Shown piece after piece: positions 40,099 to 52,459 of a stretch of 64,000 nucleotides of DNA. Both the position numbers and the translations under genes were made by a program. Where the stretch lies: contig NC_086097.1 in the NCBI RefSeq assembly GCF_963921235.1, positions 170,316,001 to 170,380,000 of the forward strand, in the 5' to 3' direction. The notes under the pieces are model-generated. The model made no database searches. It was not told where the DNA came from and worked only from the letters and a program-made list of their open reading frames with translations. The DNA comes from Mobula hypostoma (taxonomy: Eukaryota). The stretch's first letter is position 1. The number at the start of each line of letters is the position of its first letter.

Positions 40099-41040
40099 AT
40101 GGAGGCAGTAGTTAGGGCAGTCGAGTGCTCTGTATGCAGTATCTGGGAAGTCAGGGACAGCGCAATCGCCTCTGATGACTACACCTATAAAAGGTGCATC
40201 CAGCTGTAGCTCCTGACAAACCGAGTTAGGGAACTGGAGCTGGAGCTGGATGAACTTTGGAACATTCGTGAGGCAGAGGCAGAAGTAGACAGGAGTTTCA
40301 GGGAGACAGTCACCCCTAAAAGTCAGGAGGCAGGTAGCTGGGTGACTGTCGGGAGATGGAAGGAGAATAGACAGAATGAACAGAGCGCCCCTGTGGCCGA
40401 TCCCATCAATAATAAATATACTGTTTTGGATACTGTTGGTGGGGACGACCTACCAGGGACAAGTTGTCGTGGTCGCATTTCTGGCACCGAGACTGGACCC
40501 TCAGCTCAGAAAGGAAGGAGGGAAAAGAGAAGAGCAGCAGTGATAGGGGATTCGATAGTTAGGGGGATAGATAAGAGGTTCTGTGGGAGAGATCGAGAAC
40601 CCCGGATGGTCTGTTGCCTCCCCAGTGCCAGGGTCCGCAATATCTCGGATCAAGTTCTCGGTATTCTCAGGAGGGAGGGTGAGCAGCCAGATGTCGTGGT
40701 CCATGTAGGGACCAATGGAGTGGGTAGGAAGGAGGAGGAGGTCCTGCAAAGAGAGTTTAGGGAGTTAGATGCAAAGTAGAAGGACAGGACCTCCAGGGTT
40801 GCAATCTCAGGATTGCTACCCGTGCCACGTGCTAGTGAGGCTAGAAATAGGAAGATAATGCAGCTAAATACGTGGCTAAGGAGATGGTGCAGGAGGGAGG
40901 GCTTCATGTTTCTGGACAATTGGGCTTTGTTCCAGGTAAGGTGGGACCAGTTCTGACAGGACGGTTTGCACCTGAACTGGAGGGGGACTAACATCCTTGT
41001 GGGAAGGTTTGCTAGTGCTGCTCTGGGGGGTTTAAACTAG
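40099..41040 (+). pseudogene. CR1 ORF1p: Cys motif, coiled coil, SGNH esterase; in-frame stops
   Basis: MEAVVRAVECSVCSIWE..RVRELELELDEL..VIGDSIVR..VHVGTN..DGLHLN. Confidence 0.88.
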
Positions 41041-41042
41041 AT

Positions 41043-43960
41043 ATGCAGGGGGAGGGGAACCAGAGTGTTAGAGCAGATAGTGAGGTGGAGGAGGATAAAA
41101 GTCATGCGAGGACTGCATGTATAGACAGAAATCAAAGGTTTGTATGTGATAGAAATGTTCTCAGGTGCATCTATTTCAATGCAAGGAGTATTGTAGGTAA
41201 GGCAGATGAACTTAGGGCATTGATTGGCACGTGGGATTATGACATTATTCCTATTAGTGAGACTTGGTTGCAGGAGGGGTAGGACTGACAGCTTAATGTT
41301 CTGGGGTTCTGTTGTTTCAGACGTGATAGAGGGGGAGGGATGAAAGGGGGAGGAGTGGCATTAATATTCAGCGGAAATATCACAGCTGTGTGTAGACAGG
41401 ACAGCCCGGAGGGCTTGTCTACAAAGGCCATATAGGTGGAGCTGAGGAATGGGAAAGGTGTGACCACACTAATAAGGTTGTATTATAGACTGCCCAATAG
41501 TCAGAGAGAATTGGAGGAGCAAATCTGTAGAGAGATAGCAGACCGATGTAAGAAACAGAAAGTTGTAATAGTAGGGGATTTTAACTTTCCACATATTGAT
41601 TGGGACTCCCACACTGTGAAAGGGCTAGATGGCTTGGAGTTCGTCAAATGTGTTCAGGAAAGTTCTCTAAATCAATATATAGAGGTACCTATGAGAGAGG
41701 ATGCAATACTTGATCTCCTATTAGGGAACCAGACAAGTCAGGTGACAGAAGTATGTGTAGGTGAACATTTTGGCTCCAGTGATCATAATGTCATTAGTTT
41801 CAAGTTAATTATGGATAAGGATAGGTCTGGTCCTCGAGTTGAGGTTCCAAATTGGAGAAGGGCCAATTTTGTGGAAATGAGAAAGGACCTAGGAAAAGTG
41901 GATTGGGATAAGTTGTTTTCTGGCAAGGATGTGTTCAGTATGTGGAAGGCCTTCAAAGGTGAAATTTTGAGAGTGCGGAGTTTGCATGTTCCTGCCAGGA
42001 TTAAAGGCAAAGTTAACAGGCATAGGGAACCATGATTTTCAAGGGATATTGGCGATCTGGTTAAGAAAAAGAGAGAGGTGTATAGCAGGTACAGGCAACA
42101 AAGAACAAATGAGGTACTTGAAGAGTTTAGAAAATGTAAGAAAATACTAAAGAAGGAAATCAGGAAGGCAAAAAGAAGACATGAGGTTGCTCTGGCAGAT
42201 AATGTGAAGGTAAACCTGAAGGGTTTCTACAAGTACATTAAGAGTAAAAGGATAGTAAGGGACAAAATTGGTCCCCTAGAAGATCAGAGTGGTTGTCTAT
42301 GTGTGGAGCCTCACGAGATGGGGGAGATCTTAAACATTCTTTTTGCATCAGTATTTACTCAGGAAACTGGCATGACGTATATGGAAGGAAGGGAAAAAAA
42401 CAGTAGTGTCATGGACCATATGGAGATTAAAGAGGAGGAAGTGCTTGCTGCCTTACAGCAAATAAAGGTAGCTAAATCCTCCGGGCCTGACATGATATTT
42501 CCTCAGACCTTGAGAGAGACTATTGTAGAAATTGTGGGGGCCCTGGCAGAAATATTTAAAATGTCCTTAGCCACGGGTGCGGTGCCGGAGGATTGGTGTG
42601 TAGCTCATGTTGTTCCGTTGTTTAAAAAGGGCTCCAAAAGTAAACCGGGTAATTACAGACCGGTGAGCCTGATATCAGTAGTAGGTAAATTATTGGAAGG
42701 TGTTCTGAGAGATTGGGTATACAAGTATTTGGACAACCAAGGGCAGATTAAGGATAGTCAGCATGGCTTTGTGTGTGGTAGATCATGTTTAACGAAACTT
42801 GTAGAGTTTTTCGAGGAGGTTACCAAGAAAGTAGATGAAGGAAAGGCTGTGGATGTTGTCTACATGGAGTTTAGTAAGGCCTTCGACAAGGTCCCACATG
42901 GGAGGTTAGTTCAGAAGGTTCAGACATTAGGTATCCATGGAGAGGTTGTAAACTGGATTTGAAATTGGCTGTGTGGGAGAAGACAGAGTGTTAATGGATG
43001 ATTGTTTCTCAGACTGGAGGCCTGTGACTAGTGGTGTGCCTCAGGGATCTGTGCTGGGACCATTGTTGTTTGTTGTCTATATCAATGATCTAGATGATTA
43101 TATGGTAAATTCGATCAGCAAATTTTCTGATGACACTAAGATTGGAGGCATTGTGGACAGCGAGGAAGGCTTTCAAAGCTTGCAGAGGAATCTGGACCAA
43201 CAGGAAAAACGGGCCAGAAAATGGCAGATGGAATTTAATACAGAAAGTGTGAGGTGTTGCATTTTGGAAGGACAAATCAAGGTAGGACATACACAGTAAA
43301 TGGTAGGGCACTGAGAAGTGCAGAGGAACAAAAGGATCTGGGAGTTCAGATACATTATTCCCTGAAAGTGGCATCACAGCTAGACAAGGTTGTAAGGCTT
43401 TTGGCATCCTGGAATTCATAAATCAAAGTATTAAGTATAGGAGTTGGGATGTTATGGTGAGGTTGTACAAGACATTGGTGAGGCCAAATTTGGAGTATTG
43501 TGTGCAGTTCTGGTCACCTAACTATAGGAAGGATATCAGTAAGATTGAAAGAGTGCAGAGAAGACTTACTAGGATGTTGCCGGGTCTTCAGGAGTTGAGT
43601 TACAGGGAACGATTGAACAGGTTAGGACTTTATTCCTTGGAGCGTAGAAGAATGAGGGGGGATTTGATATAGGTTTACACAATTATGAGGGGTATAGACA
43701 GAGTAAATGTGAGTGGGCTCTTTCCACTTAGATTAGGAGAGACAAATACGAGAGGACATGGCTTTAGGGTGAAAGGGGAAATGTTTAGGGGGAATATTAG
43801 GTGGAACTTCTTCACTCAGAGAGTGGTGGGAGTGTGGAACGAGCTGCCATCTGACGTGGTAAATGCGGGCTCACTCTTAAGTTTTAAGAATAAATTGGAT
43901 AGGTGCATGGATGGGAGAGGTCTGGAGGGTTATGGACTGGGTGCAGGTCAATGGGACTAG
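41043..43960 (+). pseudogene. CR1 ORF2p: APE endonuclease plus RT; disrupted
   Basis: YFNARSI, SETWL, GDFNFP, SDHN, NYRPVSL, GVPQGSVLGP and KFSDD across several ORF pieces. Confidence 0.92.
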
Positions 43961-44242
43961 TGGAATAGGGTTTTGGCACAGACTAGAAGGGATGAATGGC
44001 CTGTTTTCTGTGCTGTAGTGTTCTATGGTTCTATTCTATCTGAGGAATAGCTTTTCCACAGAGAATAGTTATGATCTGAAACTCACGGCCTGAAAAGGTA
44101 GTGGAAACAGAATGAGAATCAGAGTCATAGAGTTCTACAGCATGGAAACAGGTTCATCACTCACACTGGCTCATCCATGTTGACCACGTTGCCTAACCAA
44201 GCTAGTCCCATTTGTCTGCATTTGTCCCATATCCCTCTAAGC

Positions 44243-44322
44243 CAGAGGTCCCCAACCTAGGGGTCCACGGACCCCTCGGTTCATGGTAGGGGTCCATGGC
44301 ACAAGAAGATTAGGAACCCTTG
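44243..44322. mobile_element. 80-bp hAT (Charlie/Buster-type) MITE
   Basis: CAGAGGTCCCCAACCT...GATTAGGAACCCTTG termini; 8-bp TSD ctctaagc/ctctaaac. Confidence 0.8.
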
Positions 44323-44852
44323 CTCTAAACCTTTCCTATCCATGTATGGGGCCGATATCTTTTAAACATGTTAACTGCACCCACTTCTTCTGTTCCTCTG
44401 TCAGCACTCTGCACTACCAACTGTATGGAAAAAATTGCCCCTCAGGTCCCTTTTCAGTCTTTCCCCTCCCACCTTAAAGCTATTCCCTGGCGTTTTCGAT
44501 TCTTCCATCCTAGGAAAAAAAACCTTTAGATGTTCACATTATCTATGCCTTTTATGATTTTATAAACCTCTCTAAGTCATTACTCAGTCTTCTGCAATCT
44601 AGAGAAAAAGTCCCAGCATATCTGGTTTTTCCTTATAACCTAAACCCTCCATATTGGTAAACCTTTTTTTTAACACACCCTTTTCAGTTTACTGATATCT
44701 AGGGCAACCAGAAACTGTATTTGCGCTCCCAATGTAGCCTTACCAACATATTGTACAGCTGTCTTCATTCGTCAAAGGAGAATTGAGGGAAAATGATTTG
44801 TAGGACTACAGTGAAGGAGCCAGGGAATAGCACAAGACAGTTTGTTCTGCAT

Positions 44853-46490
44853 CAGTGGTTCCCAGACTTTATGGCTTACTGTCCCTTTTACCCCCTAGGT
44901 TCCTAAGGTTGTCATAGCTGGGGGTGGTAGTGGGGATAAGCTCCCACTACCTATGAAGTGCTCCAAATGGTGTGTGACTCTACCAGACTCTGACAGCCAA
45001 GTTCAACTCTTGGCCTTCACATGTGACTTAGCTAGTTGGCCTGGCGGAGCTGTTTCTACTGACAAAAGAAGTTGCAAAGGCTGACCGCTAGTGCCTCACA
45101 ACCAGTTGCTTCGGGCAGGTGGGGCTCATCAGCCTTGGACGGCAGCCCACCTCGGCGAAGGGAAACTCTGATTTTAAACCTTAGGTGCCTTGCAGCCATA
45201 CCTACCCATGGGAAAGTCTTCAGGAGTCAGCCCCGAGGGAGAAATCCAGAGCCAGAGTCCCTAAGGCAGTTTGATGTTGTTTACAACTTCACTCTGGCAA
45301 CCTCTGCAACGACACTGGTGCCAAGCTGTAACCGCGTTTGCCTTTCCCTTGGACTACATCAGTGATGTGGAGAGGGGGAACCTACTGCATGGGTAACAGG
45401 CGATTATTCAAATGTTCCCACCCAGGCTTGCGCCCTGGAAAGGATGCAGTCCATCAGAAGGGCAAACCCATGATCCCCTGGGATCGACGGCTGCCTTCTA
45501 CTCCCAGACCACATCCCAGTGCCCCCATCTCCTTTTCTGGCTATTACATAAAAGCTATAAAGATTTTTGATTTACGATGCACAGTGAAAGAAAATAGAAA
45601 TTGTAAATTCAAAGCAGTGACAAAAAAATTGCAAAAATTATTCAAATCTATTAAAGCTATGATCTCCCTGTTCATATCTGTTTCTAGTCCCTTTGCAAAT
45701 AATAACTCCTGAATCATGCTTTCATCTTTTATGAAGTAAAAATAACCAAGCAAAGAATCAAAGAATCGTTCCCTGGAAAAGTTGTCTGCAGAGCAAATTC
45801 TGTTGTCCTAAGTATGTTGCACGATGTGGAAGACATTTCATCTATTTGTCTTTGAGTGGAATCGCTTTAATTATTTGGTCTGGTGACTTATGCAAATTGT
45901 ATTCAGAACCTCTCTTAATGCTGGCAACATCAGTTTTTCTTCTGCTGTATAGGGCTTTCCAGATTTGGCAATGAACAATGAAATGTTGTATGAAGCATAC
46001 AATGGCATGTATGAAGCAATTCAATGGGAATTGTTTTGTTGTGAAGTGCTGACAAATATGTTTTGAAGTCTTTTCTGTCTCTGAATGTCTTTACAAAGTC
46101 ACTGAAAATTGCTTTATCAGAGTGGATTATTTTCAAATATTCAAGGAGCCTGGATGGTTCCATTGACTCATCTGAAAAAAGCTTTTTTCACACAATTGAC
46201 ACACTGATTGCTGCTGGTTGCTTAATGCTTGTATAAATCCACATGAGACTGTTTACATTTGTTTTTCATTTGGCCTGCTTCTTCTCTTTCGTTATAGATT
46301 AACGAGGATGGTCCATTGTCACCAGAGATTTGGTTGGCCAAAATGTTTCCTTTGGATATGCGACAATATATGGTTTAATGATTCTAGGAGGGAAAAAGAA
46401 GCGGAGAGTGTGGGAGAGAAGAAGTAAGAAGATTAGAGACCAGATAGGGAGGAGGAGAAAGAGCAAGCAGTTGAAACATTGGAAACATTG
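44853..46490 (-). mobile_element. Deleted hAT Buster/SCAND3-like transposon (transposase N-terminal remnant ~45660-46290)
   Basis: CQLCEK..SMEPSRLLEYLKIIHSDK (BED finger), IAKSGKPYT, IIKAIPL, FIKDESMIQELLFAKGLETD; TIR-like CAGTGGTTCCCAGACT at 44853; the other end is uncertain. Confidence 0.75.
44911..45502 (+). mobile_element. Non-autonomous RTE-derived element (5'UTR-like region plus short 3' end)
   Basis: RTE 5'UTR-like motif ggcagcccacctcggcgaagggaaactctgattttaaacc; last ~200 bp homologous to the SINE tail at 51411-51600. Confidence 0.65.
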
Positions 46491-46601
46491 CTTTAAACTT
46501 CACTGAATTAAAGTAGGCACAAGAAACTGTAGTTTCTGGAAACATACATCAAAGTTGCTGGTGAACGCAGCAGGCCAAGCAGCATCTATAGGAAGAGGCG
46601 C

Positions 46602-46637
46602 AGTCGAAGTTTCAGGCCGAGACCCTTCGTCAGGACT
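46602..46637 (-). ncRNA. Minimal hammerhead ribozyme motif in pLTR
   Basis: AGTC-CTGACGA-AGG gtctcgg CCT-GAAAC-TTC-GACT; core intact, ACGT palindrome changed to ACTT. Confidence 0.7.
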
Positions 46638-46933
46638 AACTGAAGGAAGAGTGAGTAAGGGATTTGAAAGCTGGAGGGGGAGGGGGAGATGCAAAATGAT
46701 AGGAGAAGACAGGAGGGGGAGGGATAGAGCCGAGAGCTGGACAGGTGATAGGCAAAAGGGGATACGAGAGGATCATGGGACAGGAGGTCCGGGAAGAAAG
46801 ACAAGGGGTGGGGGGTGACCCAGAGGATGGGCAAGAGGTATATTCAGAGGGACAGAGGGAGAAAAAGGAGAGTGAGAGAAAGAATGTGTGCATAAAAATG
46901 AGTAACAGATGGGGTACGAGGGGGAGGTGGGGC

Positions 46934-47679
46934 CTAGCGGAAGTTAGAGAAGTCAATGTTCATGCCATCAGGTTGGAGGCTACCCAGACGGAATATAAGG
47001 TGTTGTTCCTCCAACCTGAGTGTGGCTTCATCTTTACAGTAGAGGAGGCCGTGGATAGACATGTCAGAATGGGAATGGGATGTGGAATTAAAATGTGTGG
47101 CCACTGGGAGATCCTGCTTTCTCTGGCAGACAGAGCGTAGATGTTCAGCAAAGCGGTCTCCCAGTCTGCGTCGGGTCTCACCAATATATAAAAGGCCACA
47201 TCGGGAGCACCGGACGCAGTATATCACCCCAGTCGACTCACAGGTGAAGTGATGCCTCACCTGGAAGGACTGTTTGGGGCCCTGAATGGTGGTAAGGGAG
47301 GAAGTGTAAGGGCATGTGTAGCACTTGTTCCGCTTACACGGATAAGTGCCAGGAGGGAGATCAGTGGGGAGGGATGGGGGGGACGAATGGACAAGGGAGT
47401 TGTGTAGGGAGCGATCCCTGCGGAATGCAGAGAGATGGGGGGAGGGAAAGATGTGCTTAGTGGTGGGATCCCGTTGGAGGTGGCGGAAGTTACGGAGAAT
47501 AATATGTTGGACCCGGAGGCTGGTGGGGTGGTAGGTGAGGACCAGGGGAACCCTATTCCTAGTGGGGTGGTGGGAGGATGGAGTGAGAGCAGATGTACGT
47601 GAAATAGGGGAGATGCGTTTAAGAGCAGAGTTGATAGTGGAGGAAGGGAAGCCCCTTTCTTTAAAAAATGAAGACATCT
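46934..47679 (-). pseudogene. PLE ORF C-terminus: linker Cys motif plus GIY-YIG endonuclease (open, 5'-truncated)
   Basis: PCKRNKCYTC; VIYCVRCSRCGLLYIGETRRRLGDRFAEH; VATHFN; EQHLI. Confidence 0.9.
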
Positions 47680-49999
47680 TTTCTGGAAGCTGGAGCAACA
47701 GGCAAAAATGCTGGGTGGGCAACATTTGTGGAAGCAGAGGAACGGTCACCATTTTGACTAAGGTCTTGTCCTAATGCAGGGTCTTAACTTAACTTGTCCA
47801 CTACTCCTCTGCCTCCATGGATGCTGCCTACACCCAGATGGTTTTTCCAGCAGCTTGAATATCATCTGCTCTTTGCTTGCCAAATCTGCAAGCTTAACAT
47901 TTTGTTGTCAATTTCTGTTCCTTTTGACCACACTTTCAAGCATGGTACCATCTACAAATAGGAACATTTTAACCTCACTTATTTTACCATTTTGAAAAGG
48001 AACCTTCAAGAATATTCCATATGACATCGGGAATTATCCTGTACCAGTCAGACATGGAATGGGATGAGACTATTCCTTTCAATGGGAATTGTAGCCTGTG
48101 GAATAGTAATGTAAGTAATTTCTTAAAAATAAATTAGCTGAAGTAAATGATTTGTGCTTAAATGAGTTTTGACTTTACTTCTAAAATTTTCTAAACTTTT
48201 TTAACAGTTTAAAAAATTAATTCTTCTGTATGTACAATATACATAATGAATATGCTTCAGGTAGAATGTTTTATTTGTAATGAAGTAATTCTGAGATAAA
48301 AATGATTCTCCAATTAAATTAATTATCTTTGAATACTTGACACGTTTAAAAATAGTTTGTAGCCATGGACACAAGGCTGTCCCGAGACTGTGTTGTTGTT
48401 AAGTCTTGTTATAAATATCACTAAAGATTTGCCCTGCTCCAGCCACATAGACATTATGATCAAGCAAGCACACTGGCATCTCGACTTCCTCAGAAAGTGA
48501 AGGAAACTCTGCAAGTCTCTTTTAAGAATGCAATAAAGTGCACATATTATTTGGATATTGATATGGAAATTGCTCTGCCCAAGACTGCAAGAAATTTCAG
48601 AGTTGTGAACACAGCAAGTTCATTAGCCTCCCTTCTGTGGAGTGCGTCTACACTGCCTGCTGCCTCAGTAAAGCAGCCAATGTAATCAAGGATACCTCTA
48701 ACCCTGTTATCGTCTCCTTCCCTTTCCCATTAAGCAGAAGCTGAAAAACTTGAGAACATGTCACCAGGCTCAAGGATCGCTTCTACTCTGCCATTATAAG
48801 TCTTTGGAATAGAAGATTATCTCTCCATTTTGCAACTTACTTCATCATAACACTTACACCGTATTATATACCTGCACTAGACTTAATCTACAACTGTAAC
48901 GATATATTCTGTTATTGTTTTCCTTTTGTATCAGCTTGAAATACTAATATGAACTGCCTGGGTGGCATGCAGACAAAGGCTTTTTACTATATTGTGCTAC
49001 ATGTGACAACAATAAACTAAAACCAATACAAGTAAGGGCTGGCAAGACTGTTTCTCTGCATCTGGTCCAGGTGTGTGCAGGCAGGTGAGACCTGTGGTCC
49101 CAGGAAGATCTGGAGCAATAGCAAAATGCTAGGAGTGCATCTTCAAAGGTATGGAGATTGTTGAGGCTGTGTGGCATAGAGTGCAACTTGGGAGAAGAGA
49201 ATGAAGGATTGAGCAAGAGACAATGAAAAGGAGTATTCTTCAGGAATAATGCTTTATGTGTAACAAAATAATTCCTTGAACATTTCAACCAAGTTATGTA
49301 TGTTTCATATACAAAAGGACACATTAGACACTGAATCCAATCAATCTGGAGACAGGACAAAGAGACTAACAAGATCTGAGTCAAATTTGTTTGAACCAAA
49401 TGAATTTCAAATAAAATGTTATTTAGTTGAATGATTATTCAAGGTCTGGGAATGCCAGCCGTTAAACACTTGGCTGCCTGAGGGTAGTAGACATTGGAAG
49501 TCAAGTTTCTTAACAAGTCTGTTAGTAAATCTTCAGAGCTGATTCCCCTGGAGACTTGGCAGCTACGAAAACAAAGAGGGAAAGTTCAAACTTATTCTGG
49601 TCTAGTCTGCATTCTTTACTGTTAATATGCACTTTTGGAGTATAAATGAATAAACAGTTCTAGCCCAAACCTCTAAGTGTTAAAAAGCAAATTCAAAGTG
49701 TATAACTTCACTAGTACCTCCAAACTGGAAAGAAAAATGCAGGTAAAGGGGAGAGAGAGCAACTTGTAACAGTCAAGGCTTTCTATGGTTCTGAGATGTG
49801 AGGAAGTGCTCTAGCGCCAGAGATGGGCTTCATTGTAATGATCCATCAGGCTGACAACTGAATTTACAGAGAGTGGTTGGTGCCTGGAGTGGGTTATCAG
49901 GGGTAGTAGCAGAAGCAGATATCAAATTTGGCACAATATTGTTGTCCAAATGGCTGGTCCAGTGCTGTTCTATTGTATATTCTAAGAGTATTCATGTTT

Positions 50000-50410
50000 G
50001 AATCAGATTTATTATCACTCAATTATATGACATGAAATTTGTTGCTTCACAGTGCAAAGGCATAAAAGTTATTATAAGTTGCAAAAATAAATAAATGGTG
50101 CAAATAAAGGTATAATGGGGTATTGTCCGTGGATTCATGGACCATTGGACATCTGAAAGTGGACAGGGGGAGTGCCGTTGCTGAATCATTGTGTGTGTTT
50201 CTTCAGGTTCCAGTACCTCCTCCCTGAGTGGTAGTAACAAGAAGAGGGCATGTCCTGGATGGCGAGGTTCCTTAGTGATGGATGCCGCCCTCTTGAAGAT
50301 GTTCTCGAAGTTGAGAATGGCTGTGCTCAAGATGGAACTGGCTAAGTCTACAACCTTGTACAGCCTCTTAAGGTCCTGTGCATTGGAGCTTCCATATCAG
50401 GCCTCCATGT
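50000..50410 (-). mobile_element. Rex1/Babar 3' fragment
   Basis: KRAASITKEPRHPGHALFLLLP. Confidence 0.75.
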
Positions 50411-51410
50411 TGTTAGATTCGGGAAATTATGCCGACGATAACTTCAAACGTGCACATTATGACTTCCCAATTTCCACTGTTGAAACAGCACCATGGCTAA
50501 TTATTTGCTGAGTTAAAACCATTCCACAGAAATCAATGCAGAACTGTGAATTGAGTCAGAATTTCTGGTACAGGAATCATAATACAGTCCTATTTAAATG
50601 AAAAAGCCTGGCTTGAGGGCATAAAAATGCAACTGTTAACTGAATTAAGATGCTGATTGAAGCCTACATCTTTGACTAAGATTTTAGTCATCTGCCCTGA
50701 TATTGCTTTAAATGTTTCAGTGAGAATTCTCTTACTTGATAATGTTCCTGTGAAACTAGTCTGAGAAGATTTTAATACATGCAATAAAGTTGTTGTTACT
50801 AAGTTATACATTTTCCTCAACAATTCCTTCAAATTGTGGAGCAACTGGATTAAAGGATAAACAATGACTGAAAGTTTGATGCCTACACCTGGTGATCTTG
50901 TAGAGTTCTTTTCTTTTATTAGCTTGGTAATTGGTAATCAGTTTATTATTGTCACATGCACCAAGATACTGTGAAAAGCTGTTGTTTGCATGCCTTACAG
51001 GCAGATTATGCCATATATAAATATTTCAAAGGAAAAAGCAAAAACTAAATGCAGAATATAGGGTTGCAGTTGCAGTGATGTGTGGAGCAGGTAGACAAAT
51101 AAGTGCAATGGCCAGGGTGAGGTAGGCCAAGAGATCAAGAGTCGATCGTAAAAGAGGCTCATTCAAAAGTTTTAAAATAGTGGAGTAGAAATCCTTCAGC
51201 CTGGTTCTCACGTTTTCAAATTTTTCTGTCTTCTGACTGATGGGATGAGAAAAAAAAGAGAATAGCAGGAGGGAGAGGTCACTGGTTATGTCGCTTGTTC
51301 TGTCTAGTTAGCAGGAAGTGTAGACAGACTCAATGGAATTTTGTGATGGGCTGAGTTAACTGCAAGGTAGAAGATGTGGTCCTGTTAGCTTTGAACTGGT
51401 TAACTGACTT

Positions 51411-51710
51411 ATAGGCATCTGTTAGTCTCGTGAGACCATGGATTTGCACCTTGGAAGATTTCCAGGGCACAGGCCTGGGCAAGGTTGTATGGAAGACTGG
51501 CAGTTGCCCATGCTGCAAATCTCCCCTCTCCACACCACCGATACTGTCCAAGAAAAGGGCACTAGGGCCGACACAGCTTGGCACTGGTGTCGTCGCAGAG
51601 TAATGTGTGGTTAAGTGCCTTGCTTAAGGACACAACACGTTGCCTCAGCTGAGGCTCGAACTAGCAACCTTCAGATCACTAGACCGATGTCTTAACCACT
51701 TGGCCACACC
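51411..51710 (-). mobile_element. tRNA-derived SINE with CORE-like domain and RTE-related tail
   Basis: A box TGGCCAAGTGG, B box GTTCGAGCC, gtgtccttaagcaaggcacttaacc; possible TSD a(a/g)ctgact. Confidence 0.82.
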
Positions 51711-51869
51711 AGCTGACTAGAATAACAGTTAATGCACATCATTCTCCTTTCTCCATCTTTTTCATTTGAGCACTTCACCCTATTTCTTCTCTGCCACTTA
51801 AAATGCGCTTGTTTTCTTGAGTTTCCCACTTCTATAGAGAAAAATTGATCTGAAATGTTATCTCTGTTT

Positions 51870-52318
51870 AGACCATAAGACCATAAAATATAAGAGCAGA
51901 ATTAGGCCATCAGGCTGATCCTTTTTTCCTATCTCCTCCTCAACACCATTTCCTGGCCTTCTCCACACAACCTTTGATGCCATGTCCAATCAAAAACCTA
52001 TTAATCTCTGCCTTAAACACACCCAATGACCTGGCCTCCATAGCTGCACGTGGCAACAAATTCCACAAATTCACCACCCTTTGGTTAAAGAAATTTCTCC
52101 GCATCTCTGTTTTGAAAGGGTCCCCCTCTATACTGAGGCTGTGTCCACTTGTCCTAGACTCTCCCACCATGGAAAACATCCTTTCCACATATACTCTGTC
52201 TAGGCCTTTCAATACTCGAAAGGTTTCAGTGAGATCCCCCCTCATCTTTCTGAATTCCAGCGAGTACAGACCCAGAGCCATCAAATGTTCCTCGTAAGAT
52301 AACCCTTTCATTCCTGGA
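51870..52318 (-). mobile_element. CR1 3' fragment
   Basis: PGMKGLSYEEHLMALGLYSLEFRKMRGDL; (gaccataa)n tail. Confidence 0.9.
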
Positions 52319-52459
52319 GATGTCTGATTAGGCTGATGCAGGAACCACAGACCCTTCCATAGATTGTGCTGGTAGTCATCCTCCATTCCAGGAGAATGCC
52401 TCAAAGAAGAAGAATTTTAATGCACCTAAAAAAACTTGCACCTCATATGAGCGATTCAG

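Larger units (their letters stand above)
39740..44040 (+). mobile_element. Near full-length CR1 LINE
   Basis: CpG-rich 5'UTR, ORF1, ORF2 and (ttcta)n tail in order. Confidence 0.95.
46542..47679 (-). mobile_element. 5'-truncated Neptune-type PLE with GIY-YIG endonuclease and pLTR; 9-bp TSD
   Basis: tttctggaa at 46533-46541 and 47680-47688; ORF followed by pLTR; host is an older pLTR mini-element. Confidence 0.92.

Noticed and set aside
40099..41040. Novel esterase gene next to a reverse transcriptase
   Set aside because: An SGNH esterase in ORF1 is an established feature of CR1-type LINEs, and this copy has stops
45660..46290. Host ZBED/SCAND3-like gene
   Set aside because: Multiple frameshifts and deletions and a nearby TIR indicate a dead hAT transposon
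50410..50511. Possible host exon (DSGNYADDNFKRAHYDF..)
   Set aside because: Short, runs into a stop, no recognisable homology and no supporting neighbouring exons
51635..51710. tRNA gene (also ~15725-15799)
   Set aside because: The A/B boxes are SINE heads running into CORE-like and tail sequence; I could not build a convincing cloverleaf
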